From: Tubulanus polymorphus
Lineage: Eukaryota > Animalia > Nemertea
DNA: 64,000 nucleotides
Assembly (NCBI RefSeq): GCF_964204645.1
Contig: NC_134032.1
Span: 4,612,175 to 4,676,174 of the forward strand
Reading direction: 5' to 3'
How positions within the stretch are numbered: position 1 is the first letter of the stretch; each line of letters opens with the position of its first letter. The position numbers and the translations under genes were made by a program. Below the pieces are notes generated by a model. It saw only the letters and a list, made by a program, of their open reading frames with translations, did not search any database and was not told where the DNA came from. Shown piece by piece: positions 42,121-55,000 of this stretch.

Positions 42121-42460
42121 TGCGCGCGCGCAAAAACAAACTTTCGTTTTTGCGCGGGCGCAAAAACAAATATTCGTTTTTGCGCGCGCGCAAAAACAAA
42201 GATTTAGCGCGCAAAAACGGATTATTTCGTTTTTGCGCGTTAAAAGTTTGTTTTTGCGCGGTAATATTTGTTTTTGCGCGCGCGCAAAAACAAACTTTCG
42301 TTTTTGCGCGGGCACAAAAACAAATATTCGTTTTTGCGCGCGCGCAAAAACAAAGTTTTAGCGCGCAAAAACGGATTATTTCGTTTTTGCGCGTTAAAAG
42401 TTTGTTTTTGCGCGGTAATATTTGTTTTTGCGCGGTCATATTTGTTTTTGCGCGTTTTCG
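41995..42460. repeat. Right subterminal palindromic repeat array
   Basis: Reverse complement of the left array; a partial third copy lies at 40660-40790. Confidence 0.95.
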
Positions 42461-43959
42461 TGGAGGACGAAAAAAAAAATTTTACATGGCCCGAATCAGC
42501 TACCATAGTTCAGCGTGGTCCGTGGCCAAAGAAAATCACCCAAAATATCGAAGATCAATTCAAGCGAAGATTCGCCGTGATCAAATACATGTATAGAAAA
42601 GGAATTCATTTTGCGAAAAAAAACATGCTTTGGGAGCGTTGATTACAAATTGAAAGCCTTGTTTGTTTTATCTTTCATACGGCAACAAATCTTATACGAT
42701 ATTATATATGCACTTATCAGATATGTTTTACGAACGGCTTTAATAATTTTATATGTTTTACACAAGATATGTCCCCACGTTCTGCATTGTAAAAAATGTA
42801 GGTTTTGCTGAAGGAAGGCACCCGGTGTTGCCCGGGCACCCGACGTTGTTTGGGCTACAACGGCTAGGTACTAGACTACCGCAAGACCTATGTTTTTTCA
42901 ACTATGTAGATGAGTTGGGAAGGGCACTCGCCTCTACTTATTCATTATATAAAACTTAAGACTGGCTGTGCGCTTCACCAAGTTTCGACTTTGACATATT
43001 ATATTCAGATAGAGATGGCGCATTGGTAGTATGCTATCGACTTGTTCTCAAAATGTCGAAAGCTATCTACGGCCACTAGTAACATTGCATAGATTGTCTA
43101 GAGGTCGTTGCTAAGTGCTTGCTAACAGCAGATATAGTATCTTATTCTATTTTGACTATTTTTTTAGAAAAGTCATTCATTATTTTTTAATTATCCATGA
43201 ATGAAAAAGAGTCATTCAGTTTTCATGATTTTGACATTTGGCTGACCTTCATTTTGTTTTTTGTTTTTTTTTTTGGGGGGGGGGGGTCACGCTTGGGCCC
43301 CATACGTTAAACCTTTACCCCAACACAACATTTCCTAATAGCTTAAATAATACTGAATCAGAATATATATAGTTTTCCTATGTTTATGTTAATAAAATGG
43401 TTCGATAAGAAGAACATAATCATGACCATAATGAATTCCGTGAAGTCTAAATATTTCGTAATTAATCTTAACACGTCGATAGAGTTTTAAGTTGACATTA
43501 AACGGTGGCTACAGTAACTTCTGGTTTACAACAATGCAACTTTGAGCTTCTCAACTCTCGTGAACTTAATTCCAGAAACTCGACCTAAACTCGTTAACTC
43601 ACATTTTGTGTTTGTCCAATAGACAGGCGACTATTGCAGCTTGATAGAGACATGTACAAATATATTAGACATAACATGATAATTACTATCTTTCTCGAGT
43701 TTCTGAAGTCCAAAATGGACACAGCCGATTTTAAACGAAATGAGTCTTTAAAATTATTACAATTCATTATTGACCCAGGTAGCGCGTGATTCATTTCTAT
43801 CTGAATGATAAATACAAAGATATCATGATAATATAATATTCAGCCATATCTTTATAAAGAATAAGTATATTGAATGGATATTATACATTGAAATATTTAC
43901 ACAGCTTATCTATATCTTAAAGACCGGCTCTTATCTCGACAGGTGTTTTGGTTTCCCGG

Positions 43960-44620
43960 TCCATATGCGGATAGCTTCATATGCTCCAGGGTAAACAGTC
44001 GCATCAGTTCTAACCCAAACCACGTCATACGGCCATTTAGTGTGGTCATTACCTGGACATTGAGGGCCGTTAAGTACGCTCTGAAAACATTGATAGTCTA
44101 ACTAAAACTGCACCGCTCAGATTACCTTTATGTATCGAAATTCTGATTCGGCGCAGGTTCCCCGCTTTAGGATCGACGGCGACGACTTTACGACCGCTTT
44201 TTAGCGCCGTTATCGCGAAGGAGCCGACATTCGATCCAAAATCGAATAAGTTCGAATTCGGGTCGCGTCGAAAAAGTTCTTCCAGGAGTTCGGTTCCCAA
44301 GCGCCGTTTATCAGTATAGCCTTGGACACGACCGTGACAACTGACGCTTGGTAAACACAGATAGGAGTCACCCCGGAGTATTTGGTTTTACGCGTTGTAC
44401 ACGACATTTCCGGCGAGTCTGGATCTTTGACGTCCATCCGATGTATCATAAGCGTATTCGTATTCGATTCTACCATTACCTTTTTATAACCTACTACAGG
44501 CAACGACTTATGCTCGGTCAAATCAAATCGCGCAAAAGAAAACAGCAGAGAACCTACTGCCAAAATACTGACGGCGACGGTGCAGACTTTCAGCGGAGAA
44601 CTTAAAAAACCGGCCATTAT
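43960..44620 (-). pseudogene. FkbM-family methyltransferase-like fragment with an N-terminal membrane anchor, frameshifted and truncated
   Basis: VSKAILINGAWE followed in another frame by LFDFGSNVGSFAITALKSGRKVVAVDP (SAM-binding DxGxNxG pattern). Confidence 0.6.
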
Positions 44621-44819
44621 TATTTGTTCATCTGTAAGATAAAAATAATCGTGGTAATAATTAAAAAGATCGAACGAATCTGGTATATTGATTCGCAGGA
44701 GAACTGGAATACGATATGCGCCGATTCCTCGATCTCTCTCCTTATTCTTTCGGAATTCTCGTGCTCTACGTGCGACGTTTAGATTCATAATTCCGAGACG
44801 AGTTGTACTATACAAGGTT

Positions 44820-44963
44820 AGTAATAGGGATAATTGGGGTTCAGGCCAAAGGTCGAGCTCGTAAAAAATGAAAAATAAATTCTTGCACGCTCGAATCTAT
44901 TTTTCATTTTTTTCTCACTCGCCCCTTCAACCTTTAACCTGAACCCCTATTATCCACATTACT
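44820..44963. mobile_element. Short MITE-like inverted repeat
   Basis: agtaatagggataattggggttcagg... / ...cctgaacccctattatccacattact. Confidence 0.55.
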
Positions 44964-45039
44964 CTTAAAATATTCATATATATGAATAACATATAAATGA
45001 ATAACTTCTAAAATCAATTTTAATAAAAAATTTAGTATT

Positions 45040-46190
45040 AAAATGGAAGCAAATAAGAAGTACTACTGTCCAACATGTAAAATCAATATAGATTAATCCC
45101 AAAAAGCAAGGCACAATAAAACTGGAACACATTTATAAAATAAATTAAAGTTTAAATATAGAGATGATATATTAGAACTAAATTAGATGAATTAAAGAAT
45201 GAAAAAGAAATATATAAATGTGATACGTGTAATTAATCATTCAGTGATAACAGATATTATAAAGAACATTTAAAATCTAAAAGTCATATTAGAAATATGA
45301 ATAATGATATTTTAGGTGAAGATTATTTTGATAAAGATAATGATAAGAAACCGAAGACAATTAAAAGAATAAAAAATAAATTAAACAATAAAAGACCATA
45401 CATGGAAGATGTAAGAAATTATATTAATTCATTAGATAATAAAAAAGAAGTAGAGATAACTGAAGCATTTAAAAGTGATATTGGTCCAGCAGCTATCGAG
45501 TTTAAATTTCATAAAGGAAAAACATTAGAAGAAAATAAAAAACAGCTAGAAAATATGAAAAATATTATAAAAATAATTACAGATGTTGAATACCCTAAAA
45601 TTAGTATATCTTCTAAAGTAAAGTTTATAAAATCTGAAGATAAACCAATATATAATATAAATTCTCAGTCACAACATGTTAATTCAAAATAACATATAGA
45701 TGATAAATTAGATAAATGTTATAATGAAGTAAAAACTAAAATAGAAGAGAAATATTTTGAAGGATCAGGTTTAAGATTCGATGAAATAATATTTATGACT
45801 TTACATGTTTATAACACAAAATATAATAAGTTAACTTAATCAAAACCAATTGATGAAAATAATTCATCATATTATAAAGATGATAATATAAATGGATCAA
45901 GTTATATTAAACTACCATTTAAAACAAATGCTGTTATATAAATGTACAAAATGAAGATAATAAATGTTTTCTATGGACAATTATAAGTTGCTTACATCCA
46001 GTTGAAGATTACAATAAACATACTTATAGATTAACAAATTATAAACATTTTGAAAATAATTATAAGATAGACAATTATCCAGTTAGAATTAAAAATATCC
46101 CAAAAATAGAAAGAGATAATAATCTAAGAATAAATGTATTTGATTTAATCAAATTACCAAATACAAAAGGTGATAAAATTTATAAAACAT
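45040..46190 (+). pseudogene. Decayed Polinton/Maverick (adintovirus-like) protein-primed polymerase N-terminal region
   Basis: Very AT-rich. Broken frames encode a Zn finger (YYCPTC..H....H), EGSG, GSSYIKLP, NVQNEDNKCFLW..LHP and KIERDNNLRINVF. Confidence 0.6.
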
Positions 46191-47769
46191 TAGGAAATTA
46201 AACGAACTTACCTGTAAGTGAAGTTTGATTGAGATTCTATCGAATCAGTAATGGGGAACGAAGGAATCACATGGGATAGCACATGTGGTATCGCCAGTCA
46301 GTCTTTAAATAGCTTTGAGTGGTCAAGAAACATTGGGCCGGGAAACACATAAAACTGTACAGCAATTGTCAAATTTTTTGTAAGCGGTGGGCATGTGGCT
46401 GTTCGAATATCACGGATACCGGACACCGGACACCTAAATACCAGATACCGGATACTCGAGATTGCGGAGTATATAGCGCATCGGGTCTAATGATCAGCGG
46501 TAAACGGCAGTTCGTGTGAGATCTAGTAGAAGAATAAAAGGCCTATATTATTTTCATAATAATAATCGGTTTATGCTTTTCAAGTACAGTAGCATACAAA
46601 TGTTACCGGTTTAGACAATTCAATACCGATTTATTGCTTCCGAGTAATAACACGATTACATACGACAGACACGGTAACACACAGTGGACAGAAAATATTT
46701 TTTATCATTCTGCCAATTTGAACGGATTACCGAATAGACCGTTACCGTTTTGGGCAGAGCTACTGTACAATACAAAATATCTTTATCATTCAGTTTCACG
46801 AAGAAGGCCATTTTAATCAAGTTAAGCGTTATTGACGATCTATATTTTCATGATCTTTAGAATCAAATTTAACATCAGGGTAAATAGTCACTTCGAACTA
46901 TGGTAGGAACCGGTATTCGACGAACTGATTTTTGAAGGTTATACCAAAACTATTGGTGTCCAGGGGTGTTGATTTTCGACGACCGCCATGGACTCAATTT
47001 CATTTTTAGGGACATCGTGATTGAAAATGAAATGTAGACATATCGTCCAATAAATAGAATATACCGAATATTCTCCTCCATAAAATAAGAAAACGAATTT
47101 TTATTCTTTGTTTGTAAATACTTGTATTTCATTGGTGTTCAGCTCAACTATTCCATCGTAAATCAACAAAATGTACAGATCTTTAAAACAAACTTTATTA
47201 GAAGGAACTTTAGAACTGCCAGACTCGCTTATGGCCTTCCAACTTGAGATATAGGGCCTAGCAGTACTCAGTCCTATTAATGAAAGGATTTTACAGAAAA
47301 ACCAAAAAGGGCCACCAATACATATCCATCACCAGTGAAGTAAGATAATAAAAAATGAATATAACGTTTAACTTCACCTAACCAAAGAAAAACAGTATTC
47401 AGAAAGAAATATGTATAATATTGAGATCGATGATGACACTAAAAACGTGAAAGCAGGCTGTATATTAAGACAAATAAGTTGGGTAGCCGCTGTAACAATT
47501 TGACATAAATGAATTGTGTGTCGCGGCAGTACTACTTACAACAGCACGGAAACGAATCCTTAGACCCGACGCGCTATATACTCCGCAATCTCGAGTATCC
47601 GGTATCCGGTATTTAGGTGTCCGGTATCCGGTATACGTGATATTCGAACAGCCTGGGCATGTGATTCCTTCGTTCCCCATTACTGATTCGATAGAATCTC
47701 AATCAAACTTCACTTACAGGTAAGTTCGTTTAATTCCTAATTCTATCTCACCAGTAACCACCTTAATTT

Positions 47770-47938
<169 letters not shown>

Positions 47939-47965
47939 GCAGCAGATATATTTAGCCTATAACAA

Positions 47966-48905
47966 CTACATAATTGACAGTAGGGTATCACTTAATACAA
48001 ATTTGCTTTCAACGTCTTTATCATAGAATCTAGCGAAAGTTTTTTTCATTCTGCCAGCCAATACTATTAAGTATGCTATCAACGGGAATTCCCGCCAATT
48101 TAAGGCCAGAGCCAACCGCAGCTCTAGTCGAGTGCGCGCCAAAAACCGACACATCAATATTTGCATCCTCGAGAACACGCCTGATCCATCTGGAAACGGT
48201 TTGAGTAGTAACAGATCCATGCGGTTTTATGAAGCTAATCAACAGCTGTCCAGAGCAATCCCGGAAGTGTCTGGTCAGATTTATGTATCGTCTTTAATGA
48301 GAACACAAACACAAATTCTTATCAGCGTACGTATTGAATGTAAGATGCGATGTAGTGAACTTATATAAAAAACACATCTGTTTTCGCAAAAAGTTAAGTC
48401 TTTGATCTTCAAAGATTGAATAGTACTAACTCTCTGCCCTGATAAAATCGCCAACAAAAATGTTAGTTTCAAAGTAAGTGGCTCCAGAGTCAGCGAGTCT
48501 AAATCCAGTGATTTTAAATATACCAAAACAGGTCTAATGTCCCACGTAGTTACATATCTCGGCAACGAAGGTCGCAAATTAAATACACCCTTCAGAAACC
48601 GAGAAACATGGATGAATACCGATTGTACAGTGCCCTTCTAGAATTATAATTGACGAGAGTGCACTCCTCGCAGTATTAATAGCACTATAACCAATGTTAC
48701 TTTCATATAACTCAGTCAAAAATTCTAATACATCACTGATATCGGGTTGAAACGTATCGACACTCCGTCCAGCACAATATTTCTCCCACTTCCGAAAATA
48801 GGTCTCGTACTGTTTTTTTGTACCTGCCCGCCATGAATGCAGTATAATTTCAGCTGATTTTCCAGAAATGTTTTTCGCTTGCAATGCATTCCTGACACAA
48901 TGCAT
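47966..48905 (-). pseudogene. DIRS tyrosine recombinase (frameshifted)
   Basis: YSAINTARSALS, PRYVTTWD, LAILSGQRVS, FGAHSTRA and IGW. Confidence 0.88.
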
Positions 48906-48915
48906 ACCAGAAGGC

Positions 48916-50170
48916 TCAATTTGTTGCTAGAGGATGGACCATTTCCGAATCTTGCGGCATTATTAATAGTCTTTTGTTGGCCCGAAGAATCACCGGTTCC
49001 GCACATAACAGTCTCGACAGAGTAGGGTACCAAGCCTGCGTCGGCCAGTCCGGTACAATTAACATCGAGGTTGCTTGATCCTCTGAAACTTTCTGTAGTA
49101 CTCTGGGGATTAGGCTGAAAGGAGGGAAAATATACGAATATTTATACAGCGACCAGTCCAGCGTAAAAGCATCAATAGCCACTGCCTCCGGGCCATGCTT
49201 CCAGGCAACGTAGCTGGGCAATTTACGATTCAGTCTCGTTGCAAATAAATCAATCTCTATTTTAATTTCTGACAGTTTTTCTAATATCTGTTCAAACACT
49301 TTGGGGTTAAGGGCCCTCACTATCTCTAATTTAAACACCCTGGATTCTCTGTCAGCACATATATTTTCAATTCCAGGTACATGTGATGCACTCAACCATA
49401 CATTATTAGCTATGGCCCATGACCATATTCTCTTAGCTACCTCATTACATTTTAAAGAATGTGAGCCACCCATCTCTCTAATATAGGACACAGCAGTGGT
49501 ATTGTCGACCATAAGCCTAATGTGCTTGCCTTTTTTATTTCGACACAGGGCCACTAGCGCCAATTCAGCAGCTTTCATCTCTAAAGCGTTAATATGCAGC
49601 AGCTGCTCTGCTAATCTCCGGATACCACCACCCGACAGATTCAGGTCAGGTGATGAGTTACCGAACCCTGTATTCGATGCATCAGAATAAACAGTCAGAT
49701 CCGGTTTTCCGTGTGAAATAAGTTTTCTACTGTGACCAACAAAAGCCACCCACCAGTGTAGGTCAGCCATCGAATCTTCAGATAGTTGCATAGTGCAATC
49801 AAAATCACCACAGTGCCGTTTCAGGGCAATGGTTTTATCATGTTCAATACTTCGATAATGTAAAGGGCCGTATTCTACCCCAGGAAAAGCCTATAACCTC
49901 TGCCACATGTCTTATTTTAAGGTTTTTTGTGTCAATTAGCTGTTGGCAAGATTATTTAACCCTATCTGCTTTCTTCACTGTCAGTGAAACTGACATATAG
50001 ACAGAATCAAGCATGAATCCAATAAATTCACGCTGCCGTGCTGGCAGCAGTGCAGATTTCTCAGGGTCTGGATGTATTACAAATCCCAGGTCCGTCACTA
50101 GCGGTGCCAATGTTTTAACATTACTAGCAAAATCAGGAAGACTATTTCCCTGCATATATACATATATCCC

Positions 50171-50249
<79 letters not shown>

Positions 50250-50870
50250 ATCATCTAAATATGCAACAGATTGCTTCCCTTCCGCCTTCAACAAAGAGAG
50301 AGCAGGCTTCAAGCATTTTGTAAATGCCCTAGGGCATGGACTTAACCCATTAGGGAAGCAGGTATACTTGTAAAGTTGACCATTAAAATAAAATTTCAAA
50401 AATTTTTGGTGCTCCACGGCTATAGGGATGCTATAATAAGCATCTTTTAAATCCATCGTTGCCACGTAACACTCTGGAGTCATCATTTCAGTAACAGTTT
50501 TAAGTGTATCCATCTTGAAGTGATGGTACCGAATATACTTATTAAGTTTTGAGAGGTTCAAAATAACTCTATATGACCCATCCTTCTTAGGTCTCACAAA
50601 AATTGACGATATAAATTTGCCTTCTTCATGAGTACATTTAGAAATGACCTGTTTCTTTGTTAATTTCAAAATTTCAGCTTCAATAGCTATATTTTCTGCT
50701 GTGGAAAAGCTTTATTTCTTTGGGAACAAAATTCTGAACAGGCTTTTCTATAAAATCAATTCTGTAGCCTCTGATCGTTCCCAGTTTTTCCTGATCACTG
50801 GTTATTTGCTCCCATCTTTCAGATTTAAATCGGACTTATCCTCCAATAAAATTTTCCACCTGCCATATGG
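48916..50870 (-). pseudogene. DIRS RT-RNase H-DAM methyltransferase (frameshifted)
   Basis: KKDGSYRVILNL, DLKDAY, PNGLS, YLDD; YSDAS, HINALE, DNTTA; IDLFAT, FPPFSL and PDWPTQAWY. Confidence 0.9.
50173..50251. repeat. (TA)n microsatellite within the DIRS RT
   Basis: Seen directly. Confidence 0.99.
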
Positions 50871-50999
50871 CTGAATCAATTGTACTTTTAATAAATCGGG
50901 TATATTCCCCAAAATCAAAGCTAAAATAGTCATTATTTTTAACTATCATAAGCAAGTTATCAGCAGAACAACTTACCTGTGGTAAGCTGTCTGATGGTT

Positions 51000-52160
51000 C
51001 TATTTTTCCGATTTCTTTTTGAATTTTTTCTTGTTTGGATTGAATCCGTTCCGCTGGTAGCTGAAGTTGCGGTTCCGTTTCCAGCCGTTTTTTGGCTGGT
51101 GTTTGTACTTTTTTCTATCATTAAAGGCCTCATAGCCGACGTCATCGGTTTGTTTAGCTTCTCGTATTGCTTTTGATACGTCGTCACCAAACAGCCATTT
51201 AGAAACCGGGACATTGTCTTTGCAGAGACCCCAATATTTGGGTTTTAATCCTGGCTTGATTGATTCCATGTGATGCATTGCCCAGTAATGCAAGAGCATT
51301 ATTTGATGTTCTCAACATTACATCGACTTCGTCTTTCGAGAATTTCCCGCCATTCCGTTTGGCTAGTAACTTTTCAGTTGTCAAGGCCACTGCCGTGGCC
51401 CCTTTCATTACTGCAGACTGGGTATTGGCGAGTTTTAAGTCACGCGTTTTTGCAGCGGCTCCTTTTTTAGGCCAAATTTCCGTATTAACCCGAGGCGTGG
51501 TTAATGCCTCGCAATTTTTGGGTACCGGGTAGGTCTTTTCCTTGGCCCTCATCATTTCAATGTTCAGGGCTTTAGAGAACCTGTTCTCTATAATTTCTGT
51601 TAACCCTTTGTCCATTTCTGGCCCAGGGGTTTCATCGTTTAACTCCATATCGAGGAGTTTAAGTTTAGACTCTGAGTCCGAGGGGTTTTCCTCTTCGTCC
51701 CCTCCATTTTCATCTTTTTGAGATGACAATGATAAGGCGACATCGTCGTCCCCGTTATCGGACGACATTTCAACCTCGGCTTCACTCTCATCATGGTAAG
51801 AATCTGACATGTCATGGCATGTCTTTTGCCTTTTCTTTGGGGTTTGATTGACAGCCTTGGTCATCTGTTGCCAAACGTCCCCCATCTTTGTCATTGCTGT
51901 CGCAATTGACTCCATAAATTTTTCTATGCTGGCAAGTCCCCAGTGGGGTGCATCTTGTCTTCATCACTGTTCCCAGTGGGGTTCACAGGGCATGAATCCC
52001 CTGCAGTGGAGTGGGTATTTTTATTGCGAGGGCCCAAAAGGGCATCCTCGTAATCAGAAAATAGCCTTTTCTCAGCCATTATTCGTAGATCAGTAAATAT
52101 ATATCCAAGTACAACAGTTAATAACAGTAATCCAACAACAGTCGAAGAAATTAAATCCAA
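51000..52160 (-). pseudogene. DIRS gag-like ORF (frameshifted)
   Basis: YPVPKNC..LTTPRVNTEIW, RDLKL and WLFGDD, positioned upstream of RT. Confidence 0.7.
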
Positions 52161-52255
52161 TAGCTATTAAAAATCAAGTAACACACAAACACACAAGAAC
52201 AGTTCCAGCACACTGTGAGAAAAAACGACTGATATCCAGCGAAGCCAAATGCATA

Positions 52256-54919
52256 CGGTTCCTGAACTTCGCTGAAAAAGCTGAAACACTGAAACGCTGA
52301 ATCGCTGAAATAAAAACGCTGAAATTTCAGGGAATTTCCGAAAAACGCCGAAATTTCAGGGAATTCCCGAAAAACGCTGAAATCGTGCTAGGTACCGACA
52401 ATACACGTTTTGAAATAATTTCCGGGCCGGTATTCGCTGCCGAGTCCTGAACCGTCTTTTAGTCTCCACCTTCGGTTACAGAGACATGCATGGGCAGTAT
52501 GTGTGGAGTATACTTCTAGAGGGCCACTTGTTGAACAAATTGATTCGCTTGAAATCCGGATTTTTAATGCATACAGGCAGCATGATGAGGAAAACCCATT
52601 CACAAACCGTGCAAGCCAACTTAAACACTATGCTCAATATTCCAAGAATATGGTTTACTTCTATCGTTCATGTATAAAACAGGATTATAAGCAACTTTTC
52701 TTTTGTCAACACGTTGATGGGCGACGGACTATGGTATTCTCTGAAGGAGGTAAATTAAATTTGACAGCTAGTTATATAAATGATGCAGCTTTTGGATAAA
52801 AAAAGGGATCTAACTAAATTTCTTTTTAATTCACCGTGGAATGGAATGGATTGACGCCAATGACATGCAGTAGGCCCCTACTTATAGGTCATACTAATTA
52901 GCGTCAACCAATTAATCTAAATCGGGCAAACCATTCAACAACTGTAATTTATTTGCTGTGTTGTGATAATAATAGGTTTTTTTTTTAAATGACATACCAA
53001 CTGTTAGAAAAATGTACCGATTCTTATTTTTAGACTACTACTATATCTATAAAAGGAGGAGTCATAGATAAAGTTGATTTGCTCAGCTGGACACACTTCT
53101 TGTCAAGTACATCATCTCAAGTATTGGGTGTTTTGTAAGTTTGATTTCAGTATTTATTTACTAAGTGCTGTTCCCTCGGACCTCAGTGCTTTCAAACTAG
53201 GCCCACCCCATAGGCTATATCTCCAGAGTGTGTTAGCCACTATTCTTTTATTTCCTACTTTAAATGCACTTTTTTTCTATTTTTAGACTCGGGCTAAGAA
53301 TGTGCAAATTTGAGATACTGAGAAATCAGATGGCACTAGTTAACTTGAACTGCGAAATTTGCAGCAGGATGGCTGAACGACACAATTTTTAAAAACAAAA
53401 TGGCTATTCGAATGCTATTTCAGTAATAACTTGATTCAACCAGAGAGAAATAAGTCAATTGGGGATGTACAGTACACCCATTTTACTTCCCCGTTTTCCT
53501 GGTACCAAATTTTTTATCTTAAGCTAAGCAATATTCTAAGGTATGCTAGTGAATTTCATTAGAATATAAAGCAATGGAACCAGAATTCAAGCCCGAGTTA
53601 AGCGAACTATTGATTCTGATATAATGTAAGAACTGATTTCTTTTGTGTATTCTTATAATGTGTTAAGTATTATTTTAAGCTGTTAAATAATATAATTAGA
53701 CAAACGTCAAATTATTGGATCTTTCTTGTTGACTCGTTTAATTTTGTGAGTTTAAGAGTTCCAGTCAATCCACAATGTGCAGTGCCTAGCCTTCATCTAG
53801 TACTAAAGCCAAGCCTGTGTATGGGAAAACGTTGTTCGACTCTCATAAGCCAGACAAATAAAAACTTGCAATACATTGCAGATAGTAGTCTCCAGCAAGT
53901 AGACAGAGAAAGTAAACCAGTTTTTACCCCGTACCCTACCCGGCATCTTCACCTGTCAAGGGATTCGAACCCACTACACTAAAGCTGTTCTCCGAACCGC
54001 TTGACCTCGAGTCGTTACTAGCCGACCAGAATCAGGTCGGGCCAATCACAGCGCTTGTTACAAACGACATTTGGCATCTATGGAATTTCCCGGTAAATGG
54101 ACCAATCAGCGAACACGTAGCGAAAACGGAAGTATTGTCGCGTGTTGATATATGACGTCATTCGCTAAAACGCCGGTAATGAAATCGCGCGTCGTGAGGC
54201 CAGGGGGCAGGTGGAAGCGAGTTTGGGAGCGATACTGGTCTCCTGGCAAGCGAGGATGCCTACCCGGGAACGAAAGACACTCCAAGACTCCTTCCTTGAA
54301 GAGATTGTAGAAATATGGCACCCAATCGTAGTAATGCTAAGTACAGTATACTATGACGGTTGAACCTTTATTCACACCAAAATAGAATCAAAGTAGTCAT
54401 AAGTTCCATGATAGCACTTAATTTGGGTTATCAGGTTCAGCCTTACTAGCTGTACTTTCATTCAGCTACTACTTTTGTATGAGACTTGGCAATGATAAGT
54501 TGGAAGAAATCACCAAATATAAGAAAAAATATTGAGAATTAATATTACTGTAATTAAGAATTTATTCAAATGAAGTGATAATTTCATTGTTAGATCGTAC
54601 CGGTATATGCGCATAAAACAAACAACACATCTAACAATCCACGCAATCCGCAATCGATCAAGTCGAACATGACGACGACTTCAAGGCATGTCTCTGTAAC
54701 CGAAGTTAGAGTCTAAAAGACGGTTCAGGACTCGGCAGCGGACACCGGCCCGGAAAGAATTTCAAAACGTGTATTGTCGGTACCTAGCACGATTTCAGCG
54801 TTTTTCGGGAATTCCCTGAAATTTCGGCGTTTTTCGGAAATTCCCTGAAATTTCAGCGTTTTTATTTCAGCGTTTCAGCTTTTCAGTGTTTCAGCTTTTT
54901 CAGCGAAGTTCAGGAACCG
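52256..54919. mobile_element. Non-autonomous long-TIR DNA transposon with a 9-bp TSD (Mutator-like)
   Basis: ~230-bp TIRs starting CGGTTCCTGAACTTCGCTGAAAA; TSD AAATGCATA at 52247-52255 and 54920-54928. Confidence 0.88.
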
Positions 54920-55000
54920 AAATGCATACTGACTGACTGGCGATACCACATGTGCTATCTCATGGGATTCTGTAGTGACCTAATTACTGGTGAGATAGAA

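Larger units (their letters stand above)
28378..42507 (+). mobile_element. IS3EU-type DNA transposon (14.1 kb including nested Penelope and an internal duplication)
   Basis: TIRs TATGGTGGCTGATTCGGGCCATG... / ...CATGGCCCGAATCAGCTACCATA; 6-bp TSD GTTCAG at 28372-28377 and 42508-42513. TAY..RTA ends with a 6-bp TSD are diagnostic of IS3EU. DDE transposase inside. Confidence 0.9.

Noticed and set aside
53940-54030. tRNA-like GGGATTCGAACC box (also ~30538-30551 and ~59418-59430)
   Set aside because: Only a B-box is evident and I could not build a cloverleaf; more likely tRNA-derived SINE remnants.
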